Source: Eledone cirrhosa
Lineage: Eukaryota
DNA length: 64,000 bases
Assembly (NCBI GenBank): GCA_964016885.1
Contig: OZ024756.1
Span: 12,772,001-12,836,000 of the forward strand
Reading direction: 5' to 3'
The position numbers and the translations under genes were made by a program. Positions 51,188 through 64,000 of the stretch are shown here, piece by piece (the stretch's first letter is position 1; each line of letters opens with the position of its first letter). Under the pieces are notes generated by a model that did not search any database, was not told the origin of the DNA, and saw only the letters and a list, made by a program, of their open reading frames with translations.

Positions 51188-51285
51188 CTCATTAATTTTG
51201 GGTTTGTTGATAATACTCTTGGCTCTCTGTGAATATCTGAGAGTGCTGACCGTTTCATTGTAATAAATACTGGCTGGACTGATGG
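51188..51285 (-). CDS. STARD9: End of motor and neck linker ([33 protein letters not shown])
   Basis: 98 nt, phase 1 to 0; ETxSTLRY motif; canonical splice sites. Confidence 0.9.
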
Positions 51286-51358
51286 CTGTCGAAAGATAGA
51301 AGAAACAAACACATATATATAAAGAGAGAGAGAGATAAACCTTTACCATTTACATTAC

Positions 51359-51983
51359 AGTCGCATTGATAGACACATTTTTCAAATGCAGGCGGGTGCT
51401 ATAGAAGTGGTTGATAGCTTCTGGTACCTAGGAGATCAGATTAGCATGGGAGGGGGGTGTTCCGAGGCCATAGTATCTAGAATAAGGACGGGTTGGAAGA
51501 AGGGTTTCTCCCTGCGTACGAAAGGCCGGTTATATGATGCCTGTGTGAGGTTCGTGATGTTGCATGGCAGCAACTACAGAGGATATGCGACGGCTGGAGA
51601 GAAATGAGGCAAGCATGCTCCGTTGGATGTGTAATGTCAATGTGCGTGAATGACCAGGCATAGATGAGTTGAGAGAGAAACTGTGTCTAAGAGGGATAAA
51701 TTGTTGTGTGCGGGAGAGCAGACTGCAATGGTATGGACATGTGATGCGCATGGAGGATGACCGATGGGTGAAGAAGTGCCAGGAAATGCCAGTTGAAGGA
51801 AGACGTGGTAGAGGTAGACCACGAAAAACATGGGTAGAGATGGTGAGAACAGACCTCAGATCGCTGAAGCTCACGGTGGAGATGACGAAGGACTGTGACA
51901 AGTGGAGAGATGCTGTGCTAAATAAGACCCGTCCCACCCTTGCAAGCAGGGAAAAGCGGACGTAAATTGATGATGATGATGAC
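51359..51983 (+). mobile_element. RTE LINE 3' fragment with (GAT)n tail, nested in a piggyBac-type MITE
   Basis: VDSFWYLGD, RLYDACVR, RLQWYGHVMRM, GRGRPRKTW motifs; tail ends gcggacgtaaattgatgatgat. Confidence 0.85.
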
Positions 51984-52439
51984 TATATATACTATTATAG
52001 TTTCACAGTAAAGTCTTTATCTCACATAATATCGAATCTATGAGATTTTGATATTATTTATTTTAAGAACAATACCTTAACATCAGTATAATATAAGTGG
52101 CCAGTTACGGCCAGTTTGAACAGAAAGAGGTGAGAGAATTCTGGCCGAATATGGCCGGTTTAAATGCTGAAGGGTTAAGGAAATGAAGGTAAAGAAGACA
52201 GCTGGCCCTTTAGGAATGTCACTGAGGTGGTTAAACTATCTTGTCATGTAGGACACAGACCAGTCACTCATACAAGAAGATCTCATACCCAATGACTGAT
52301 ATAGAAGCATCACTGTCAATTGCTACTGCCATGTACAAGAGAGCAGTCAGTTAAGCGAGAGATAACAATGAGTAGAAGAAGGAATTTCGCATGTTGGTTG
52401 TAGTACACCAAGGCTGACCCTGTTGAACAAAGCATTAGA

Positions 52440-53560
52440 CTTTGCCACCATTTACAACCACCGTCAATAGTTTAGATAGGCAGATCATTGCACATTGCCA
52501 GAAAACCCTCAACTTCAATAATGGAGTAGCCTGACAAAGAAGTCGACTATTCAGATCTATTCGATGTATCAATGGGATCATTCGATAGTGCTGATATATG
52601 TGACTTGGTTGTCTTATTTATTTTAGATACATTGCGAAGTAGATTCCCGGTCTTCCACACGGGAACATATCGCGACAATGGTCTGACCCTATCGAGCCAT
52701 AAAAGTGGTCATGACCTGGACCGGTTTAAAAAAGATTAAATTACTACTTTTAATGAGTTAGGACTTAGGATAACACTAGCTACTAACCTTACTAGCGTAT
52801 ATTACTTAGACATAAATTTAGATCTTCACACACTGTTAGACCCTTCCATAAATTAAATGAAAAACTAAATTACATACACAAGGACTCATGCCACCCTCTT
52901 ACAGTATTTAGAAACTTCGTGAAAAATATCGGCACTAGCATCCCTAACCTCTCTTCTAATAAAGCAATCTTTGACAGAGCGCCACTCTATTACAACGTGG
53001 CGTCAGCTAACAGCAGCTTCTCACAACCAATTGCTACTCCCGTAATAATGCCAATAACAATAGAAAAAGAAATCGTACTAATAGAAATATAATTTGGTTA
53101 TCAGTGCCCCCTTCTCACTCAACGATAAAACTAATGTAGGTAAAAGATTTTTAGCTCTCTTGGATACACACTTCTCCATAGGTCACAAATACCAATCCAT
53201 CTTTAAATAAAACCAGGGTACTCCTGTGCTAAGAATATGAAGGCCCACATCACCTAACCATAAGAGCTGAACCCCAGCAGGATGCTCTTACAAACGATCG
53301 TCTACGAAGTTTACAGGCTACATATGATCCCTCAAGGACACAGGCGTGGATTACTCTATTCAATGGAAAGTTATTACTAAGACTAAGCCATATGGAAATG
53401 GGAATTCATCATGTGGGCAGTGCATTGAAGAAAGAATCAATATCCTTAGGAAATTGTGTAATAGCGCTTGTCTAAATTCAAGGAATGAATTTTTCTCGCC
53501 TGTCCACGCGTTTGGGAAACACCTATTACGTAATTTCAAAGCACCAGACTGATTAACTGT
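52440..53560 (+). mobile_element. Degenerate Penelope-like element (RT fragment and C-terminal endonuclease fragment)
   Basis: Manual translation near 52558-52685 gives FDVSMGSFDSADICDLVVLFILD...GTYRDNGL (PLE RT motifs; consensus MGSFDGAE and YRDDGL); ORF 53346 IQWKVI...C--C-EE...LNSRNE; multiple frameshifts and stops. Confidence 0.8.
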
Positions 53561-53574
53561 TGTGGAACTAATTC

Positions 53575-53609
<35 letters not shown>

Positions 53610-53654
53610 GTATATATATATAGATATATACACACATGTATGCATGTATGAAAA

Positions 53655-53700
<46 letters not shown>

Positions 53701-53836
53701 ATGAGTAGTCAATGGGGAGGGTACTCGGGAAATTAACTCCCTCAAGTGCTTGAAAAGTTCATTAGAAGTAGTAGGTAGCTTTTGCTATTTGAGGGAACCT
53801 CATAAAAAAAAAAAAAAAATGTAGCAAGTTACTTAC

Positions 53837-54031
53837 TTGAGATCATAATAGTCTTGGAGTTTCCTCCTAAGCTGTCCTTTAGAAGCCAGGTGAGTACAGA
53901 ATCACGGTAGGGAACATAGAGGCTGCGTGTACGTCGTGGTGTCACCAAACTGGATGTCATGAAGGAATCTGAATTGCCCTGGGACCAGCTCTCAGCATTG
54001 TCTGCACTCAATGACATCATTGACTTCTCCG
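53837..54031 (-). CDS. STARD9: Kinesin-3 motor exon with a long Ser-rich loop-12 insert, then [27 protein letters not shown]
   Basis: 195 nt, phase 1 to 1; kinesin-3 [21 protein letters not shown] motif; a long Ser-rich insert rather than a Lys-rich K-loop is STARD9-like. Confidence 0.9.
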
Positions 54032-54284
54032 CTGTACATAGAAAATGTGTGTGCACATATATATATATATATATATATATGCATACATATATATATATAT
54101 ATATTTGAAAAAGGGAAAAGAATGACTTCACTTGTAGTTCTAAACAATTTGATTTAATTTTATAATATTATGAGTTGGTAGATCTAGTAAGTTCTTTGTT
54201 AACTTCGGTGGGAAGAATTGTAAAGATTCCTGGTTAACTTCCCTGGAAAACTTTCTATCATTCGTTGGTGGTGATTGTCAAGCG

Positions 54285-54856
54285 GAGATATACATACATA
54301 CATAAACATACCTACATACATACATACAATCATATACGTACATACAAATATATACATACACATATACACAAACGTACATATATATATATATATACACACA
54401 TACATACATATACACACATACATACATATATATACATACATACACACATATATACATACACACATATATATATACATACACATACATACATACACATACA
54501 TACATACACACATATATATATATACATACATACATACACATACATACATACATACACACATATATATATATACATACACATACACACATATATATATATA
54601 CATACACATACATACATACACACACATACATATATATACATACACATACATATATATATATACATACACATATATATATATACATACATACACATACATA
54701 CATATATATACATACACATACATATATATATATACATACATATATATATATACATACACATACATATACATATATATACATACACATACATATACATACA
54801 TACATATATATACATACACATATATATACATACACATATATATACATACACATACA

Positions 54857-54890
<34 letters not shown>

Positions 54891-55465
54891 CATACATACA
54901 TATACATATACATACATACATACATATACATATATATATATACATACATATACATATATATATATATACATACATATACATATATATATATATACATACA
55001 TATACATATATATATATATACATACATACACATATATATATATATACATACATACATATATATATATATACATACATATACATACATATATATATATATA
55101 CATACATATACATACATACATACACATATATATATATATACATACATACACATATATATATATATATATACATACATATACATATATATATATATACATA
55201 CATACACATATATATATATACATACATACACATATATATATATATACATACATACATATACATATATATATATATACATACATACATATACATATATATA
55301 TATATACATACATACATACATACATATACATATATATACATACATACACATATATATATATATACATACACATATATATATATATACATACATACATACA
55401 TACACATATATATATACATACATACACATATATATATACATACATACATACACATATATATATAT

Positions 55466-55498
<33 letters not shown>

Positions 55499-55536
55499 CA
55501 TACATACATACATATATATATACATACATACATACA

Positions 55537-55568
<32 letters not shown>

Positions 55569-55723
55569 CATACACATATATATATATACATACATACATA
55601 TATATACATACATACATACACATATATATATATACATACATACATATACATATATACATACATACATATACATATATACATATACATATATACATACATA
55701 CATATACATATATACATACATAC

Positions 55724-55772
<49 letters not shown>

Positions 55773-55875
55773 CATATATACATACATATATACATACATA
55801 TATATACATACACACATACATACACATATATACATATATATACACATACATATATATATATATATACATACATAC

Positions 55876-55908
<33 letters not shown>

Positions 55909-56042
55909 CATACACATACATATATACATACATACATACATACACATACACATACATATATACATATATATATATACATACATACATACACATACATATA
56001 TACATATATATATATACATACATACATACACATACACATACA

Positions 56043-56074
<32 letters not shown>

Positions 56075-56090
56075 CATATATATATATACA
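54285..56090. repeat. (TA)n/(TACA)n microsatellite tract
   Basis: Direct reading. Confidence 0.95.
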
Positions 56091-56426
56091 TGTTATTCTT
56101 CATCCTTTTACTATTATTACTCCAAGGACCACCTGCATAGGAACTTTCTTAAACTGGACACCTAACTAAGGAAACATATATATATATACACATACATACA
56201 TACATGTGTACATATATATATATACATACATGATGGCTGCAAACTCGTGTTCGAACATTGCCATCGCCCGAAAGAATGCTGAAAAATGTGAGGCACGACA
56301 AAAAAAAAATTTATTAATATATTCGATTATCGAAGACAAACTATCAATGTGATATGCCCAGGTATATTGATTTATTTATCATCTTCATTCTATATTTCCC
56401 CTGAGTCTCATGTGGTTTAATCATAG

Positions 56427-57003
56427 ATGCGCATGAAAGCCGATAGCTGTATAACAAAGTGCAGGGCAATAAAGATAGACGGTAGCTACGGAGTAGGCAG
56501 ACCCAGAAAAACCTGGGACGAGCTGATAAACTCCGACCTCACACATTTACACCTCTCCAAGACAATGTCACTGGACCGAGACCTTTGGCGGCACTCAGTA
56601 ATAGAGAAGACCCGCCTTACCTAAATACATAGTAAAACCTACTCCAGCCAGTAGGCATCTCTAACAAAATACACCCCCGTCCCACCCCACCCCCACCCCA
56701 CCCCCTTCTATGTAAAGTTATGTTGGTGCCACACCATCCAGGCCGAAACAAATGAGATCGTGTAGGTGTCACGACAAAAAAACACACAGTCCACGCTGTA
56801 ATGTGGCCGTGTAGGCAACACGGTAAAAACCTCCCAGACCCACACTGTAAATGTGGTTGGTGTTAGGAAGGGCATCCAACTGTGGAAAACCCGCCAGACA
56901 GTCCTATGCGAGCAAGACAATCACTCTTGCCTCAAGTGGGAAAACCCCCGTCCAAACCCATGCAAGCGTGGAACACGGACGTTAAACGTTGATGATGATG
57001 ATG
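56427..57003 (+). mobile_element. RTE LINE 3' end, diverged
   Basis: ORF MRMKADS...GRPRKTWDELI...DRDLWR followed by the same UTR module and (GAT)n. Confidence 0.78.
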
Positions 57004-59212
57004 ATAGTTTGTCTTCAATGATCAAATATATTGATTCATTTTTTTTTCGATGATCGATTACATAGATTGATTTTTAGCCATACTCTCCAACTATGAAATA
57101 GCGCAATAAGGTTTCACTTATGATTCCACCTGTACATATTTTTCTTTAGAATATGTATTTGGTATATATATATACAATATACCGTGTTTCTCTTACAATA
57201 TATAGCTCTTTCTCTCTCTATATATATATATACACATGTATCTTTCATGGCTCTAGATAAAGTCTATTGAGCTTACTTATTGAGAAACACAAAAGTCTAA
57301 ACAAATCTGTTATGTTTTGATTTATTATTTGTATATATATACATATATATACATATATAGTGTTGTCACCCACTTATGACGAGAAACGGGACCGTCGATT
57401 ACTCCCCTTTGCTTTTGCCGACTAAGTATGTGATGTAGTCATCATCACCGTCTTACGTCCGTTCTCCCACGCTAGCATGGGTTAGATGGGTTGTCCTGTT
57501 TTGGGCAGTGTCCAGTCGGCTGACCTTGTCTTGCTTATACGGGAACTGAGTCTGGCTTGATTTCTACAGCTGGATGCCCTTCCTAAAACCAACCTCATTT
57601 ACAGTGAGTGCTGGGTGCTATTTTTCCCATGGTCACTACTTTAAAATTCATAGCGAATGGTCTTCAAATTGTTTTTAATTAAACATACAGTATATTATCA
57701 AATATACTATATGTACATTTATATATACATTGCTATTTCAGAGCACCAATACTAATTCCATTTATATATGTGAAGACGCATGGCTTAGTGGTTAGAGCAT
57801 TGACCTTGCAATCAAAAGGTTGCGAGTTCAATTCTCGGACCGGGTGATGTGTTGTTTCCTTGCGCAAGACACTTTATTTCACATTGCTCCAGTTTACTCA
57901 GCTGTAGAAATGAGATGATAGGGACTGGGGTCCCTATCATTCCACTGCAAAGTGGTCGTGGAGGTGCTTTGGCAAAAAAACACCCAGCACTCACTGTAAA
58001 TGAGGTTTGTGTTAGGAAGGGCACCCAGCTGTAGAAATCAAGCCAGAATCAGTTCCCGTATGAGCAAGACAGGGTCAGCCGACCGGACACTGCCCACAAC
58101 AGGACAATCCGTCTAACCTATGCTAGCGTGGAAGAATGGACGTAAAACAGTGATGATGCTGAATGTATGCATAGTATATTTGGCAATATATCGTATGTTT
58201 AATTAAAAACATTTATATATATTATAACATTTACCGTTCATTTTCAATGTCTGCATGGGTTAGAGAGGTTGTCACACTATGAAATAAGTCAAGTCAGGTT
58301 AGGTTAGGTGATGATGTCTTGTTCATACAGATCTGTATTTGAGCTTGGTCCTACAGGTGTGTGCCCTTCCTAACACCAACCACACACAGAAAAAAAATCA
58401 GTCTCATTCCAACCTGAAGAAGGATGGGCTTTGCTATGTTTAAATGGCCAAGGGTTGCCATCTATCATGATGGTATCCCTTGGACTATATCAGAGTTGGC
58501 TGAAGTTAAACAGTAGCAATCACTGAGAATTAACCCTTTAGCATTCACATTACTCTATATATACTATTATATTTTCATAGTAAATGCTTTACCTCACATA
58601 ATATCGAATCTGTGAGATTTTGAAAGTATTATTTTGAGAACAATACCTTAACATCAGTTTGAGTGACCAGTTGCAGCCAGTTTCAACAGAAAGAGGTAGA
58701 GAATTCTGGCCGGTTTTGGCTGGTTTGAACATTAAAGGGTTAATATCATTAGTCAAGTAACATTGAAGTGATGTTACTGGGATAATGTGTTAAGGTGTGT
58801 GGCTTTGTGGTAAGGGTATTCAGCTCAGAATCACAAGGTCGTGATCCGATTCTCGGTGGTGCGTTGTGTCCTTAAGCAAGATACTTTATTTCGCGTTGCT
58901 CCAGTCCACACAGCTGGCAAAAATGAGTTATACCTGTAGTACGAATGACCAGCCTTGTCACACACTGTCATACTGAATCTTCCTGAGAACTACACAAAAA
59001 GTATGCGTGCCTGTCGAATGCTCAGCCACTTACACGGTAATTTTACGAGCAGGCTGTTCTGTTGATTGGATCAACAAGTAATGTTAGAGCAACAACAACG
59101 ACGACGACAACGAAAACAATGATGACATTAACAACAACAACAACAACAACAACAATGACATTAACAACAACAAAGACAGCCCCCCCATGAAATATCAAGT
59201 TGACTACCTTAC

Positions 59213-59319
59213 CTAGACATTTGATGACATTACCAAGGGTTACTAATGACTTGTTAATATTGGCCCCTTCCTTCAACCGGTCCTTATAATTCAGGTTCTG
59301 TGTCGGTGAGGCTCGTTCA
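59213..59319 (-). CDS. STARD9: Kinesin-3 motor exon (SERASPTQNLNYKDRLKEGANINKSLVTLGNVIKCL)
   Basis: AG/GT bounded, 107 nt, phase 2 to 1; EGANINKSL motif; the YKDR segment resembles STARD9 as recalled. Confidence 0.88.
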
Positions 59320-59899
59320 CTGAAAACACAATCAAACAGCTCAGCAGTAGGAAGGAGGAGGGTCAGATTCCCAAAAGTAGTTTAATACAGACAATACATC
59401 TTCTGTTAAATGTGTACCAGTGATAAACTAGGGTTTATTCAATAAAGAATACGTATTTCTCTCTCTGTGACAACACAACAAAATATTAACAGTATTATAA
59501 CTAGAGGCGGTGGATTGGCAGTATCGGTAGAGCGTCGGACGACATGCTTTACATCATGGAGTTACGGCCCTTTACAGTCTGAGTTCAAATCCTGCCATGG
59601 ATAACGGTGCCTTTCGTCTTTACAGGGTTGATAAAATAAAGTACCAGTAATGCACTGGGATAATTGCTAGCCTTGTGCCAAAAGTAGAAACAATTATTAT
59701 AATTAGTGTGGTACTATTGATAGCATTGGTAGAATATCTTACTAAATATTAACATTATTATTACTAGTAGCATAAATGTGGTATTATTGGTAGTATTAGT
59801 ATAACACCTGACTAATTACTTGGTGCTATTTACTGTATTAATCGGTATATAACATACAGCAGCGGATAACATGTACACTAATTTTGAGAAATAAAAGGT

Positions 59900-60990
59900 T
59901 TAATAAAATTTGTGGAGTCAGCATTTATATAGATATCTCTATACACATATTTAATTCACTAAAATCTTGTGGGGTCAGCATATATATATTACGCAGATAC
60001 CTCAATAGACATATTTACCTCACTAAAAACTTGTGAGGCCAATATTTATATATTTATATACACATATTTAACTCACTAAAATCTTGTGGGGTCAGCATAT
60101 ATATATTACGCAGATACCTCAATAGACATATTTACCTCACTAAAAACTTGTGAGGCCAATATTTATATATTTATATACACATATTTAACTCACTAAAATC
60201 TTGTGGGGTCAGCATATATATATTACGCAGATACCTCAATAGACATATTTACCTCACTAAAAACTTGTGAGGCCAATATTTATATATTTATATACACATA
60301 TTTAACTCACTAAAATCTTGTGGGGTCAGCATATATATATTACGCAGATACCTCAATAGACATATTTACCTCACTAAAAACTTGTGAGGCCAATATTTAT
60401 ATATTTATATACACATATTTAACTCACTAAAATCTTGTGGGGTCAGCATATATATATTACGCAGATACCTCAATAGACATATTTACCTCACTAAAAACTT
60501 GTGAGGCCAATATTTATATATTTATATACACATATTTAACTCACTAAAATCTTGTGGGGTCAGCATATATATATTACGCAGATACCTCAATAGACATATT
60601 TACCTCACTAAAAACTTGTGAGGCCAATATTTATATATTTATATACACATATTTAACTCACTAAAATCTTGTGGGGTCAGCATATATATATTACGCAGAT
60701 ACCTCAATAGACATATTTACCTCACTAAAAACTTGTGAGGCCAATATTTATATATTTATATACACATATTTAACTCACTAAAATCTTGTGGGGTCAGCAT
60801 ATATATATTACGCAGATACCTCAATAGACATATTTACCTCACTAAAAACTTGTGAGGCCAATATTTATATATTTATATACACATATTTAACTCACTAAAA
60901 ACCTTGTGGGGCCAGTATTTAAACAGATATATCAATACAAACATTTACATCAGTAAAATATTGAGGGGGCCAGTATTTATATAGATACTA
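59900..60990. repeat. 117-bp higher-order tandem repeat (two related subunits), about 8 near-perfect copies
   Basis: cacatatttaactcactaaaatc recurs at 60061, 60178, 60295 and onward. Confidence 0.92.
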
Positions 60991-61330
60991 GACCACCCGT
61001 GACCTGTTGGGTCATGTTCACTTATGAATATTTTTTAAATCATGTTCACTTAAAAATAATTTTTAAACAATTAAAATATATGCAGACATGTATATAATGT
61101 AAAATGAAATTTTCAATCTACTCTCTCACAACCACTATCTCTTTCTTTTTATTTATGAAGGTATCTAGAAAAACACCGTATCTCGGGAACCCATGCTCCA
61201 ATTTACACAAAACTTGTTTTATTCCATTTGTATTCTCATTTCAGTGGCAACTTCCTTTCAAAGTATTATCCGTTTTGGCTGTTTTTTTGTAGACAAGCGC
61301 ACAATCACAGAGTTTTAGTTGTACTAGCCT
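60988..61330 (-). mobile_element. Probable Helitron 3' end
   Basis: Minus strand TGACC caaca GGTCA hairpin 8 nt before CTAG|T; 5' boundary uncertain. Confidence 0.45.
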
Positions 61331-62429
61331 GTGTAGTGTCATCATCATCATCATTTCATTTTACGTCCGCTTTTTCCCTGCTTGCAAGGGTTGGACGGGA
61401 ACTGATTCTGGCTCGATTTCTACAGCTGGATGCCCTTCCTAACACCAACCTCATTTACAGTGTGGGCTGGGTGCTTTTTGCCGTGGCACCTCCACGATCA
61501 CTTGGCAGTGGAATGATATGAACCCCAGTCCCTATCATCTCATTTCTATAGCTGAGTAAACTGGAGCAATGTGAAATAAAGTGTCTTGCTCAAGGAAACA
61601 ACACATCACCCGGTCTGAGAATTTAACTCACAACCTTTCGATTGCAAGGCCAATGCTCTAACCACTAAGCCATGTGCCTCATATGTGCCACATGTACATA
61701 TTTTTATTATACGCAGGTATATATACCTGTAGATATGATACATCAAATAACATCATAATTGACAATATACACAGAAATTGAACGAAGACTGCGTTACACT
61801 GTCTTATGTAATCAGTAACATAATCCATTGACGGAAATATATGACTGTTTATTTAAGTGATCGCTAACTGGAAGAGTTGACATTTGAAAATTTTAAAGAA
61901 GTGAATCTTAAAATAAGCGACAAAATTATTTATATTTAATCAAGAATAACGAAATATAGTAGATAAATTATGTAATATTCATTCGAGGTTAACTTTGCCT
62001 TTCATCCTTACGGGGGTCGATAAAATAAAGTACCAGTAATGCACTGGGTAATTTCTGGTCTTGTGCCAAAAGTAGAAACAATTATTTATTCAAAGTAATC
62101 CAACTTATTTTACAAACGGGATAAAAAATATATTCTGGACACTGTCCCGCACTCCTTACTTTATTATAGTTTAGATATAGATAGATATACAAATATTTAC
62201 CTTACTAAAAAACTTGAGGCCAGTATTTATAGAGATACCTCAATACATACATTTACCTCACTAAAAAAAAACTTGTGAGGCTAGCATATATACACATCAG
62301 TAGCGAAGGTTAACCTGGAAAGCAGGGCATGCAGTCCAATCGCCATGGCGGAAAGTAGGGCTGTGCAGCCTTACCCCACCCCAATTCCTTCTAAATGACC
62401 CTCCCGGTCAAAGCCGCATGTAGTGTTAT

Positions 62430-62503
<74 letters not shown>

Positions 62504-62691
62504 CTTTTTATGTGTCTACGATTTAGTAAGCAGCCAAAATTCTGCTTGCTTCAACCAACGCAATTGATCAACTCAAGATTCTATAACGCATGCACGCACC
62601 CTTCGCCCCCGATACACAAATTTAACATATGTACATATATATATAACACATATATACACACATTTAACTCGGTTAAACAGCAAACACTTAC

Positions 62692-62759
62692 CTGCCAGCA
62701 AGGTCGACAAGATGGACTTTACTTACAATCTCACTTGGTAAATCATCTTCCAGCCTCGC
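62692..62759 (-). CDS. STARD9: Kinesin-3 (STARD9/KIF16A-like), first in-window exon: motor domain switch II (ARLEDDLPSEIVSKVHLVDLAG-S); gene continues beyond the window
   Basis: ttttctttcag acceptor, gtaagt donor, 68 nt; canonical kinesin LVDLAGSE motif completed by the next exon. Confidence 0.85.
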
Positions 62760-62899
62760 CTGAAAGAAAATAATAGTTTCTGATTTAGGCCAACAATTTT
62801 TTTTGGGGGAAAGGAAATGTCATTACATCGACCCCAGTACGTGACTGCTGCTTTATTTTATAGACCCCAAAAGAATAAAAGGCAAAGTAGTTTGTCTGC

Positions 62900-63470
62900 T
62901 ATCCCACTAGATCTGCATTGCGTACATTTTATAGAATTTATGCCAGTTCCTTTTCTACATATCGAACATGGCCATTTCCCTGATGGAATCAAAGTATTGT
63001 CCTCTCTTCTACTTAACATGTTCACTCTCAGACCTCTTGATTCCAACTGCTGTTTTCATAGCCAGAATTTATTCTCTAGCTCCTCTACTGATTCTACTAT
63101 AAGTACCAGATCGTCAGCATAGAGAAGTCCCCATAGGCAGCCAGTCTTAAACTCCTGTTATGGCTTGGAGGACTATAATGAACAAGAGTCGGCTGAGGAC
63201 TCAACCCTGATGTACTCCTACTTGTATCTGGAATTCCTCACTAAACTCCATTCCTACTCTCACTTTACTGACAGCATCCCTGTACATAGCTTGCACTGTC
63301 CTCACAAGCCATTCCTCTACACGTAGTTTCCTTAGGGACCACCAGATGACAGATCGGGGTACACTATCAAAGGCCTTCTCTAGGTCAACAAAAGCTAAGT
63401 ATAGTGGCGCATTCTTCTCTAAGAACCTCTCTTGTTGTCTCACTAAGAAGAGGGCATCTATTGTACTTTT
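62900..63470 (-). mobile_element. RTE-clade LINE reverse transcriptase fragment
   Basis: STIDALFLVRQ...AFVDLEKAFDSVPR...GVHQG, LLYADDLVL, GLRVNM; frameshifted. Confidence 0.88.
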
Positions 63471-63542
63471 CCCTAACCCTAACCTAGTACTTAACACAGT
63501 TGTTTTGACCAATAATTCACATAAACGAATTACTTTATACTA

Positions 63543-63961
63543 TATATAAGGTAACTGAGCCAGAAAAAACATGAAAAATAGGAGCAGATAAATGCAATTA
63601 AAAAAAAATTAAAAAACATGCTGTTACAGATAAATTAAGTACAGTGAAAATCATATATCAAATAATTAGGAAAATTAATAAAAGAAAAAGCATGGATTTC
63701 AAATATAAATTTTAAAAAATATATTTCAAAAAGGTTAGATGCATAGCCAGGGATTACAGAGAGGTGTAAGACTATAAGTTCGACTACATAATTCAGACAT
63801 AATAACAATTTTTTCCAAAACTTCCAAAGGAGTTGCTCTAGTGTGGAGTAAATAAATACAACCATCAAGCTGTCAAAGTCAAAAAAAAATTGAAAAATTG
63901 AAAAATTGCATTTATCTGCTCCTAATTTTCATGTTTTTTTCTGCCTCAGTTACCTTATATA
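63543..63961. mobile_element. MITE with about 57-bp TIRs and TA flanks
   Basis: tatataaggtaactgagccagaaaaaacatgaaaaataggagcagataaatgcaatt vs aattgcatttatctgctcctaattttcatgtttttttctgcctcagttaccttatata. Confidence 0.72.
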
Positions 63962-64000
63962 AATTTTGATGCTTACACTTATCTAACCTCCCATATTATG

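Noticed and set aside
53837-62759. Assignment as KIF16B, KIF1 or KIF13
   Set aside because: No Lys-rich K-loop and no PX, PH or CAP-Gly domain seen; the long Ser-rich loop 12 and giant exon fit STARD9 better, though a phylogeny is needed
63471-63486. Telomeric CCCTAA repeats
   Set aside because: Only about 2.5 units; too short to call an interstitial telomere

Overview
AT-rich, microsatellite-laden eukaryotic (animal) DNA. The SINE/LINE complement and composition suggest an octopod cephalopod (inference). The window is spanned by one minus-strand, multi-exon kinesin-3 gene of the KIF16 subfamily, most similar to STARD9/KIF16A. I reconstructed 18 phase-consistent GT-AG exons from 62759 down to 2829 (8943 nt, about 2980 aa in-window). 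They encode the C-terminal half of the motor, the neck coil, an FHA domain, coiled coils and a 6.27-kb exon of disordered Ser-rich sequence, and end at an apparent stop with no START domain in view. The 5' exons lie beyond the right edge. Introns hold two tRNA-derived SINE families, RTE, R4/Dong and Penelope-like retroelement remnants, piggyBac-, mariner- and Helitron-type non-autonomous elements, and several satellites. The most notable unannotated signal is a set of six type I hammerhead-ribozyme motifs in three sequence families. Several sit inside fold-back palindromes, and four are in the sense orientation of the kinesin pre-mRNA introns. Most long ORFs in the supplied track are repeat artefacts.
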